From Blastocladiella emersonii ATCC 22665 (lineage: Eukaryota; Fungi; Blastocladiomycota), in contig JANHCV010000002.1 of the NCBI GenBank assembly GCA_025594325.1, forward strand, positions 2,356,001-2,420,000: a stretch of 64,000 bases of DNA, written 5' to 3'. This document shows positions 47,998-55,968 of this stretch, in pieces. The notes beneath the pieces are model-generated. The model did no database searches and had not been told where the DNA came from. It saw only the letters and a program-made list of their open reading frames with translations. A program made the translations under genes and the position numbers. Within the stretch, counting starts at the first letter, position 1. Each line of letters opens with the position of its first letter.

Positions 47998-48039
47998 GAA
48001 TAGGATTAAATGGCTATAGAGGTAGATGTGGTTAGGTCT

Positions 48040-48076
48040 ATCCCTGGGGACGTCCGTCAGAAACATCCCCAGGGAT
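48040..48076. repeat. Hairpin: ATCCCTGGGGA - 15 nt - TCCCCAGGGAT
   Basis: 11-bp perfect inverted arms at 48040-48050 and 48066-48076; each arm is itself a copy of the recurrent CATCCC-NN-GGGATG motif. Confidence 0.9.
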
Positions 48077-48900
48077 GCGCGCGCGCCCGCAGCCACGAAG
48101 TGGCGGAGGGTCCTCACGTGATAAGTCGACGCGTCTCCAAGTGTCTCGCGGCCCACGTGACGGTCATCTGATCCACGACGCGTCTCGAAATGACTTTGCG
48201 ATTATTCGATGAATTGAAATCCACGACGGGCATGGGCGATATTGGCAAACGGTCTATGAATCCGTCGGCGCGGTGAGGAAATGGTGAGTCAGTCAGTGAG
48301 AGTATCGATGAGGGTTGGTGAGTCTTGTCCCAGTGACCCAGTGTCCCTGCGATTTCACTTGTAACTCGTATTTTGAACTGAAAACAACATACATACTTAG
48401 TATGTTACTATTTTTTTCTTCAATTTATAGAAAAGAATATTATAGCTGAGACACAGAGACACAGAGACACAAAATAGGTTGATAGAGTAGGCGGCGAAAG
48501 TGGAAGTGAAGTGAAGTGAAAGTCGGTCCGCCAAGCCACGCGCGATCACCAGCCACCCCATGTAATTATCGATACGCAAGCGGTTCATAACCAGCCTCAC
48601 CCCACCGCTTGCCAAGCTCATTACCGAGGCCTTCTTTGAGCAGGCTTGGCGTGGAGATTCACTGCTTGCGTTCATACAGGGGTTGAGTAACTGCCTTGTT
48701 GCTGCAACGAAAGACCCCTATAAGAACCAAGTACGGCCCGCTTCGTCCACGCTCTCTCATGGCTTCGGTCATCATCCCCCCGCCCTTTGCAGATGCTTGA
48801 CCATAGGTGGTGCACCATCATGCGAAAGTTTCTGCACTGGTTTGGCCAGGTTCATTGCATGGAGTCGCGAACCATGCCTTGGATCTGGTCCTCCCTTTTG

Positions 48901-49041
48901 TTTGGCGTGCTGTGTGGGTTGACGAGTTTTTTTGGGACTTGTGGGTTTACAAACTGGTGCCTGTGTGGTTCGATGAGTTTGGGACTTGTGCGTTTACGAT
49001 TTGGCGTGCTGTGTGGTTTGACGAGCTTTTGGGACTGTGCG
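48901..49041 (+). repeat. Three imperfect ~46-53 bp tandem repeats in the non-coding terminal region
   Basis: TTTGGCGTGCTGTGTGGkTTGACGAGyTTT..GGGACT(T)GTG at ~48901, ~48954 and ~49000; T-run lengths differ. Confidence 0.8.
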
Positions 49042-49312
49042 CTTCTGATTGGTGATGGTGATTTGATGGAGAAAACCGCTTGCTTATTTCCCTGTACAAC
49101 TTGACGATGACGCCGTCGCCGCGTTCTCTGGTTCGTTCTTGTGACTGGCCACCACAGGAATGGATCGTGGAGCGCGGCGACAGTCCAAAGGGCGGGACTG
49201 GCCACCCCGTTCTGGATGCTGAGTCCCCATTGCTACTTTACGTCCATGTTGCGATCGCGTTTAAACGAGTCACGTTTGGCAAATTAAGTGCGGCGATGGT
49301 ATAGGGAGCAAG

Positions 49313-49801
49313 ATGGCATCGCCGAACAACATTACGCTGAAAGAGTACAAGAAGCGCTTCGTTGATGTGGAGAACGGGAAGATGTACTTGAAGTTGAAAG
49401 ACGGGTCACTGCGTGAGACTGGGTTGAGTAAAAACAAACACGGGTATCTCCTGGTTTGGATCGAAGGCCGGATGCAACTTGTACATAGAGTTACCATGGC
49501 TGTACATCTGGGTCGTGAACTGCTTCCAGGAGAGGAGATAAACCATATCAACCACCAACGCGACGATAACCAAATCGCTAATTTGGAGATTGTCACTCGC
49601 CAGCAAAATAACCAATGGCGATCCAACGTAGCTGGCGTGCGCCAGAGTCGTCGAAACGGAAAGTGGCACGCACTGATCAAAGTCAATGACCGTCAAAAAT
49701 ACCTTGGCACCTTTGAGACCCGCGAAGAAGCCTTAGTCGCACGCCATGCCGCCGCTCAGGCACTCAATGCCCTTGGTCACAAATACTATATTCCAGAGTA
49801 A
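49313..49801 (+). CDS. HNH endonuclease with C-terminal AP2-like DNA-binding domain
   Basis: HGY....VHR.......GEEINHINHQRDDNQIANLEIVTRQQN (HNH_3 type), then GV...RNGKWHALIKVNDRQKYLGTFETREEA (AP2). Confidence 0.9.
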   Translation: MASPNNITLKEYKKRFVDVENGKMYLKLKDGSLRETGLSKNKHGYLLVWIEGRMQLVHRVTMAVHLGRELLPGEEINHINHQRDDNQIANLEIVTRQQNNQWRSNVAGVRQSRRNGKWHALIKVNDRQKYLGTFETREEALVARHAAAQALNALGHKYYIPE

Positions 49802-50036
49802 TGCCACTCGGCTTTCCGACTCGCGTCTCTTTCCCAGAAAATATACAAGTGAGACAAGGCACGTCATTCAAATGCTCTTCCACGCGATACCCATCCACAA
49901 GCCCGTCCATTGACTCTTCGTACTCGTACAGACATGCCCAGCAGATGGGCTCTCCGCACGTCTCGCAAAAGGCGTGTAGATCCAAAACGTCGACTTGGCA
50001 TGAACAGCTTGAACAGGGCGAATCGAGGGTCTCCAT
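49764..50036 (-). CDS. Small Cys-rich (zinc-finger-like) viral protein
   Basis: CSSC..CETC..CWAC..CLTC: four CxxC pairs in 90 aa. Confidence 0.55.
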   Translation of the reverse strand: METLDSPCSSCSCQVDVLDLHAFCETCGEPICWACLYEYEESMDGLVDGYRVEEHLNDVPCLTCIFSGKETRVGKPSGITLEYSICDQGH

Positions 50037-50313
50037 ACGGTGATCATACGCTGTACATTTAAATCGTCAAACGCACACACGATTCTTTCTCTCGCATAGC
50101 TGTAAATGGCAGTCCCCACTCGATTCCCAGCGCCATGCGACCATGATCGCATTCCAGGTTGGCTTGATCTGCACGATATTGTCCGTGCCACGATTCTGTG
50201 CACACGCTGTGAGCGCCGTGTCACGTACAAGCGGATGGATTACGATAGCGACGAATATTTTAGCGACTAAGTCTTTCAGAGGTACATGGAGGTAATTCTG
50301 AAAGGTATTTCAT

Positions 50314-50532
50314 TCAAAGTACACGGTGTATTTCTCGCCGGGCTTCAGTGTGCCACGGACCGCCGTGTACTTGATCGTTCCTGGCTTTGGAGCGCTCAGC
50401 ATCTCGATGGGCAAGACAGTCTCGGGGATGTACACAGTGGGATTCGGGGATGGCGTACCCTGGGAAGTAATACAACTCGTTCCCATAATAGTGTTCCTTG
50501 ACTTTGTGGCCGAAAAGAATTCCAAAGCACAT
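50314..50532 (-). CDS. Small hypothetical viral protein (72 aa)
   Basis: ATG-initiated ORF filling the gap downstream of MCP (MCFGILFGHKVKEHYYG...). Confidence 0.35.
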   Translation of the reverse strand: MCFGILFGHKVKEHYYGNELYYFPGYAIPESHCVHPRDCLAHRDAERSKARNDQVHGGPWHTEARREIHRVL

Positions 50533-50573
50533 TGCGTTTGAACGAGTCGCCGCTTACCATCACTCTGGAAAAC

Positions 50574-51788
50574 TTAGTGGATCACGGTTGTGCCTGAAGC
50601 CTTTGCGACCACCACGACGTCGTGCTCGACCCAAGCATCAAAGCGGATAGGCGGAGAGTCGGCGGGTAGAGTCAGAATCAGATCAATGGGCAGCTGTGAG
50701 ACCACACCGTCGCTGTTGCCACTGATAGCCGATCGGACGACGTTCAGGTTTTGGGCAATGAAGAACTTGGTGCTTTGAGGACCATAGTAATTTGAGAACT
50801 CCACGACCCCACGGACGTTATGCGAAAACGCCTTGACGACCTCACACCACGCCTCTGAAACATCAGCCACAGGCTTTGATGGGTAATACGTATTGCCAAT
50901 CTTGAACTGGTACGAAAGCAGGCGACACGCGCGGGTGTACGTCCTGGAAACCTCGGTGACTTGGTTTAGATTGACCAGACTTGACAGCTGCATAGACGCG
51001 ATCACAGTCTTTTGGGAGCGGTTGCGGTTAGGGATGACGATGGTGTTCACGCCTGCATTCAGGGTCTTGCCAAAATGAGTAAAACTCAAGAAGTGAAACT
51101 TGATTCCCTCGTTCATCCAGCGCTTTGCAAGGACGGCGTTGATCTGGGGCGACAGCTCGACCTCCTCAAACTGGAGTTCACAGTTGGTCAGGGCGTACTC
51201 AAGGTTTTCTGAGGGAGCGCCGTTCTCGGTGGTGACGTGCCACTGTGCGCCAGGGCGAAGGTTAATATCAATGTCGATGAACCCGAACATGGACGTGGGA
51301 ATAAAGGTCTTGACATCGAACAGGCCCTTGAGATGCACCATGTACTTGCGGCCGAGCGGGCGCGATGTCTTTGGCCCACAGCCCGGGTGGAAAAGATTCT
51401 TGCGCTGGGACTCGTTGCAAGTCGTATCGAGCAGGATAGCATGGAGGCGGGCGTACTCGCGCTCCTCGAATAGGACAGTGCCTTTCTCGTCGGTTGCACG
51501 GATGCTTTCGATGCAGCTGAACGCGTTCTCATCCATGACGATCTGGTTGTTGGTCGAAGTGGCATTGTGATTGAACGTAAAGAATAGTGTCGTCGGATCA
51601 ATCATCTTGGTCTTTACGCCAGGGATGCGGAACCGGATCTGGCGATTGGCATCCGAGAACACTCCGCCAGTGGTTGAACGAACCGTGTTGTACTCACGAG
51701 TCCCTGAAACGTGCTCAGGAACGCGGTAAAGGATTTCCTCGGGCGCGATTTCGGGCTGGGAGTCGTAGAGTTTTAGCGAACTGGACAT
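50574..51788 (-). CDS. Major capsid protein (double jelly-roll, PLV type), 404 aa
   Basis: Size, beta-rich pattern (QIRFRIP..MIDPTTLFFTF, FSCIESIR, EEREYARL, FIPT..IDIDINL, YALTNCELQFEEV, SYQFKIGNTYYP, FFIAQNL) and position next to the penton and ATPase genes. Confidence 0.8.
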   Translation of the reverse strand: MSSSLKLYDSQPEIAPEEILYRVPEHVSGTREYNTVRSTTGGVFSDANRQIRFRIPGVKTKMIDPTTLFFTFNHNATSTNNQIVMDENAFSCIESIRATDEKGTVLFEEREYARLHAILLDTTCNESQRKNLFHPGCGPKTSRPLGRKYMVHLKGLFDVKTFIPTSMFGFIDIDINLRPGAQWHVTTENGAPSENLEYALTNCELQFEEVELSPQINAVLAKRWMNEGIKFHFLSFTHFGKTLNAGVNTIVIPNRNRSQKTVIASMQLSSLVNLNQVTEVSRTYTRACRLLSYQFKIGNTYYPSKPVADVSEAWCEVVKAFSHNVRGVVEFSNYYGPQSTKFFIAQNLNVVRSAISGNSDGVVSQLPIDLILTLPADSPPIRFDAWVEHDVVVVAKASGTTVIH

Positions 51789-51819
51789 TTAATGTCGCGC
51801 AATAAAAAAAATGTCAGCA

Positions 51820-53013
51820 TCACGCGAAACACAGCGTCATAAACCACTGGCAACTTGTGGTATCGAGCCGACGGCCTGTGGACCCTTCGGAAAACTCGAT
51901 GGAGAACGTGTCCAGGTCGCGCTGGTACCCGAACCAGCTCATACTGGTCGATGGACTGCGATAGGTTGTGGCATATCCTGGTGAACTGTTGATGGGAAAG
52001 GCAGCGAGAACGGGTTTGTGATTGGCGCCATGAAGACGTTTATTGGTGGTCGCACTCCCAAGCTCTGAACTGTGGATCACAAGTGAGAATAGTCCGCCAG
52101 TCATGTCCACGCAACGCTCACCAACAATGAGTCGGGTCAGTGTATCGAACTGCCCAGGGGCCAGGCCCAAGAAATCGCTCGCGAGTTTACACGGATGGAT
52201 GACGAAACACTCGGCGTTTGCGCCCTTTACGAGCCGGAGCTCAGAAACAAAGCGAATGGAATTGAAACTGACCTCGAGCTTTAGATCACCGTCGCTGTTG
52301 GGATTAAAGTACCCAGTCACGCTGGCCAGCGTCGATGCAAGTGTTGCCTGTGTATAGAAACCACGCGGAATTGTGTAAATGGACCTTGTCCCAGTGACTT
52401 GCCCACTCTTGACTTGATCCAGTGATGTTCCAAGCGGGAACACGGTCATATCCAGGAAGTCGTTTGTTGCGTCGACGCTATAGATGTTGTTCTCGATTGT
52501 AAAGTCCAAGAGTCGGACGTGCGAGAACCTTGAACCAGGTGGGAGCGGAATACGACCATCCGCCTGGACATCCGCGTTGGTGAAAGTGAAGACGTGCTCC
52601 TCAGTGGGATGTGACGCCTGGTGCTGTAGTTCGAGTGCCTTTTGCCGAGCATCAACCGGTGCCGTGTAGACCGCACTTGATACTGTATCGACGGGAACGG
52701 CGTCAATGGAGAACGGCATGGGCGCAGTCGCTTCCAGATCACGGCGAGTCACTGTGGGTACGCTCGGAAGTTCCTTGAGCATGCGTCGCTTAGCCTTTGC
52801 CTCAGCCGACACTGGGTTCACTGGTCGAAAGACTTTTTTTGTGCCATCCCTGGAGATACTCACAATCTTCTTGATCTTGAGGACGCGTTTCATGGGCCTT
52901 TGCGCAATGGGGATATCGTTCTCCTTGTTTCGGATCCGGTCAGTGTCAGTCTCGGGCCGCGACCCAGTTGGTGCGCGGGACGTTGGACGCGTGCTTGGGC
53001 GTTGCCGATTCAT
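51820..53013 (-). CDS. Minor capsid (penton) protein with basic N-terminal extension
   Basis: IENNIYSVDATND, YTIPRGFYT..TLA, SDFLGL, VLAAFPIN, LDTFSIEF..GRRLD..QWFMTLCF match the single jelly-roll penton pattern of Polintons/PLVs. Confidence 0.75.
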   Translation of the reverse strand: MNRQRPSTRPTSRAPTGSRPETDTDRIRNKENDIPIAQRPMKRVLKIKKIVSISRDGTKKVFRPVNPVSAEAKAKRRMLKELPSVPTVTRRDLEATAPMPFSIDAVPVDTVSSAVYTAPVDARQKALELQHQASHPTEEHVFTFTNADVQADGRIPLPPGSRFSHVRLLDFTIENNIYSVDATNDFLDMTVFPLGTSLDQVKSGQVTGTRSIYTIPRGFYTQATLASTLASVTGYFNPNSDGDLKLEVSFNSIRFVSELRLVKGANAECFVIHPCKLASDFLGLAPGQFDTLTRLIVGERCVDMTGGLFSLVIHSSELGSATTNKRLHGANHKPVLAAFPINSSPGYATTYRSPSTSMSWFGYQRDLDTFSIEFSEGSTGRRLDTTSCQWFMTLCFA

Positions 53014-53031
53014 TTACAGTACCCAAGGAAT

Positions 53032-53793
53032 TTAATTCACGTACTTTTCGAACCGTTTGGTGAGCAGTCTCGCCTTGCTATTCTTGTAATTGACGTGCAT
53101 GAACGAATAGTCCTCGGCAGTACAGTGATTATAGATCTGCAACCACCGGTCCCAAGTCTTGCCACAATGATGCTCCTCGTAAAAGTTTTTCACTTCCTTT
53201 TGATTGCCCGTTGAGAACAACAGAAAGTTGGTTGTGTTGAGACGAAGCGGCTTGGCAAGCTGGAAGTAAGATTGTGTGACGTAGACCGTGGAAATCATGT
53301 AGTGTCGCCCGTTCATGACACAATCAATGAGGACTTTGCTTTTAAGCACACCCGTTGCCGCGCAATCGTCGAGTACAAGGAGTACGGGCTGTCGATCGCG
53401 TTTGGGGATGGCTTTTTGCGACTCGATGAGTTCGTAGACCACGTTTTCAAAGGTCGCGGCATCCGTATGGACATCCGCCTCGGATGGAACGGTGGGGTCT
53501 TCAAGGTCATCGTCTGGGAACAGTCGCGCTTCGGCCTTGTCTTTGCGGCGGGGCTTTGAGAGGATTCCTGGCGCGAAGATGTGTTTCCACTTCTCGTCGC
53601 TTTCAAACGATGGACAGCACACGACAAGCCGGCTAAACTGGCCCTTGTAAAAGCGTGTGATCATGTTCAGTAGCGTGAGCGTCTTGCCACTTCCACGACA
53701 CGCTACGATCGCACACGAAAAGCACACTTTGGGGATGAGCGAGTCCGGGCCCTTGGCGTCGCCCTTTTCTCGTAACGGTTTGATTTCGAACAT
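53032..53793 (-). CDS. A32/FtsK-HerA-type genome-packaging ATPase
   Basis: Walker A CRGSGKT, Walker B LLVLDDC, NGRHYMIS..VTQSY..L...LRLN. Confidence 0.93.
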   Translation of the reverse strand: MFEIKPLREKGDAKGPDSLIPKVCFSCAIVACRGSGKTLTLLNMITRFYKGQFSRLVVCCPSFESDEKWKHIFAPGILSKPRRKDKAEARLFPDDDLEDPTVPSEADVHTDAATFENVVYELIESQKAIPKRDRQPVLLVLDDCAATGVLKSKVLIDCVMNGRHYMISTVYVTQSYFQLAKPLRLNTTNFLLFSTGNQKEVKNFYEEHHCGKTWDRWLQIYNHCTAEDYSFMHVNYKNSKARLLTKRFEKYVN

Positions 53794-53930
53794 CTTTACG
53801 GTATGGCATCAAAAGTATTTGCGTTTGAGCCACAGAGCACACTGGACACACTCTACGGCGAGAACGTATCCGCCAAAATACATTAAAGCAGTTGAGAACA
53901 TGACTGATTTAATGTGTGATGAGAAAATAT

Positions 53931-54236
53931 TTAGGCGCCTTCTGAAAGCGCTCGGTCTATAGCGTGCCCTACGTGGGCAATACTGTCAAGAATCGGATCA
54001 ACGCGGAGAATGGCTTCCTCAGCCAGGCCGCTTGCAAGGTTCACGCCAGCTGCAATGTCGCGAAGGACGGGAATCGGAAGACTCGAGAGCATGCCGCTGT
54101 AGTACTTGGTATTATGTATAACGGGCGAGACTTTCTCGTGGAGAATGCGTTTCCCATAGTCGATACCAGTAACGAGCGCTTTGGCGGCAATCCCCGCGTA
54201 TCCTTTCAAGTTATTCCAAGCGTTTGCAAACCACAT
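53931..54236 (-). CDS. Small amphipathic-helix virion protein (101 aa)
   Basis: MWFANAWNNLKGYAGIAAKALVTG; sits in the structural gene block. Confidence 0.6.
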   Translation of the reverse strand: MWFANAWNNLKGYAGIAAKALVTGIDYGKRILHEKVSPVIHNTKYYSGMLSSLPIPVLRDIAAGVNLASGLAEEAILRVDPILDSIAHVGHAIDRALSEGA

Positions 54237-54251
54237 TGTTTAACTATAGGC

Positions 54252-54770
54252 TCAGGAAAAAAGATGCGAAAAGTCTTGCACTGCAGATTTGGGCTGACGG
54301 GGATTCTGGAGTCGTTTTGGTTTGGCAGCGGGTTTGGGCGGCGGGTCATCATACGAGCTCTCTGACTCGGATTCCGAGACATACACGACGCGTTGGCGCT
54401 GTTTCTTGGGCTTGGGCTTGTACACGACAATTTCTTCCTCCGATTCCGACTCGGACACTTGCACAGCCGCTTTCTTGGAAGCGATCCGAGTAGCGAGTTC
54501 CTTGAGCTTGGTCTTTTGTGCGGCAGCGAGGTCTTTCTTGCGTTGGGCCAGATTGGCGGCACGGACTTCGCGTGCTTTCGCCAGTGCATCCAGTCGCCGC
54601 TGCTTGATCACGTCCGGATCAGTTTCTTTAGGGAGTGCACTGCCGCCACGTTTCTGTTTCCACAGTTTCGCATTCTTGATTTCAGAAAGAACTTCCTCAA
54701 CCGAGGCATCTGAGGTATCTGTCGCGGATGTTTCAAGGATGGGCTCCTCTACGGGCTGAGTGCGCGGCAT
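54252..54770 (-). CDS. Basic/acidic low-complexity protein, putative core/DNA-condensing protein
   Basis: RLDALAKAREVRAANL helix, K-rich and SESESE tracts; GTAAATG start. Confidence 0.65.
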   Translation of the reverse strand: MPRTQPVEEPILETSATDTSDASVEEVLSEIKNAKLWKQKRGGSALPKETDPDVIKQRRLDALAKAREVRAANLAQRKKDLAAAQKTKLKELATRIASKKAAVQVSESESEEEIVVYKPKPKKQRQRVVYVSESESESSYDDPPPKPAAKPKRLQNPRQPKSAVQDFSHLFS

Positions 54771-54795
54771 TTACAGTATCCTCAGAAAAAGATTT

Positions 54796-55047
54796 CTACG
54801 ACGCAGTCTTCGTTTTCAGTTTCAAGAGCATTCGCTGTCTGATCCGAGAAATGTTTTCTTTGTGCGGGTCACTTGTGTGTTGGCGAACCAGGTCTTGCAT
54901 CTTACGGAGACGCTTTGCCTGTCGTTTTCCAGAGATTTGGTTTTCTACCGGTTCCGCGGGCCGTTCCTGAAGCGAAAAGGCAATGGACACGTCGTCGCTA
55001 ATCGTATTCCGTGGGTCGTTGATCAGGACAAACTCGGACAAATCCAT
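54796..55047 (-). CDS. Hypothetical viral protein (83 aa)
   Basis: Tiles the gap between neighbours; GTAAAGATG start. Confidence 0.55.
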   Translation of the reverse strand: MDLSEFVLINDPRNTISDDVSIAFSLQERPAEPVENQISGKRQAKRLRKMQDLVRQHTSDPHKENISRIRQRMLLKLKTKTAS

Positions 55048-55073
55048 CTTTACTGAAGCCCGTCAAAAAGATT

Positions 55074-55853
55074 TCAAGTACTTGTGCGGCCGACGGGCAC
55101 TTTACAGCCGTCCAAGAGCACTCGGACAAAGAACTGGTACCCAGACATGTCCTTGACAATGGTCATGGTGATCCGGTTCTGTTCGTCCTTGTCAAACTCT
55201 ACAGAATGGGCTGCAGTATCGAGATGAAGGCGGTGGCGGTAGATATCGCGAAAGTACACTTGGCATCCCACAATGTGGTTCAGATCCGGAGTTGGGAGGA
55301 TATTGGTGATGTCGAAAGTGTGCTGCGACTCGGACAGCGTCATGTCGTAATCGAGCAAAACGCGTTTGATGGGCAGGCTATGGGAACCAAAGTAATCGGC
55401 CTCCACGGTTCCGTCCATGCGAGCGTCGCCCTTGACGTAGAACGCGTTTTCGTCTGGCGGTGGGCCATTGTGCAGGATACTGAGGCCGTGATACGACAGA
55501 TTCGTGACAACTTCAGGATAATCGTCGTTACGGCCAGGCGGAGCAACGTACCGGCAAACCTCTACGGTGCCGTTACCCATGTCTTCGGCCTCCATTGCGT
55601 ACTGCGGACCACCTGGTCGGTACCGCCATGGCGACATTGCAAATCGCGTAGTTTCTCCTTCACCGCCTGGTCCTGTAATGCTAAACACGGCGCCGTCTTC
55701 CTTGGTATTTGAGTGCAGTCGCAGTACGGCGTCAGTTTCAATATCGACACTTCCATTGGCAAGTTGGATCGTGAGGTCTTGGTGGCGCTGGTCCATGACC
55801 TGGGACGAGAGCGTTCGGACGCGGAGTGAGCCGTTTGCAGTTGTGGATGCCAT
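55074..55853 (-). CDS. Hypothetical viral protein (259 aa)
   Basis: Intact ORF with GTAAATG start; beta-rich composition. Confidence 0.65.
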   Translation of the reverse strand: MASTTANGSLRVRTLSSQVMDQRHQDLTIQLANGSVDIETDAVLRLHSNTKEDGAVFSITGPGGEGETTRFAMSPWRYRPGGPQYAMEAEDMGNGTVEVCRYVAPPGRNDDYPEVVTNLSYHGLSILHNGPPPDENAFYVKGDARMDGTVEADYFGSHSLPIKRVLLDYDMTLSESQHTFDITNILPTPDLNHIVGCQVYFRDIYRHRLHLDTAAHSVEFDKDEQNRITMTIVKDMSGYQFFVRVLLDGCKVPVGRTST

Positions 55854-55968
55854 TTACTTGAACGCACGATTTTAAATTCAGCTGCGTGGGCAGTGATCGG
55901 CGACATCCCCAGGGATGCCCGTGTCAGCGTACGGTCATGTCGTGCATTTTTTATCTCCCAAAGTGTAA

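Noticed and set aside
48901-49041. Repeats as a CRISPR array
   Set aside because: The units are imperfect and abutting, with no unique spacers of constant length and no cas genes; the context is eukaryotic/viral.
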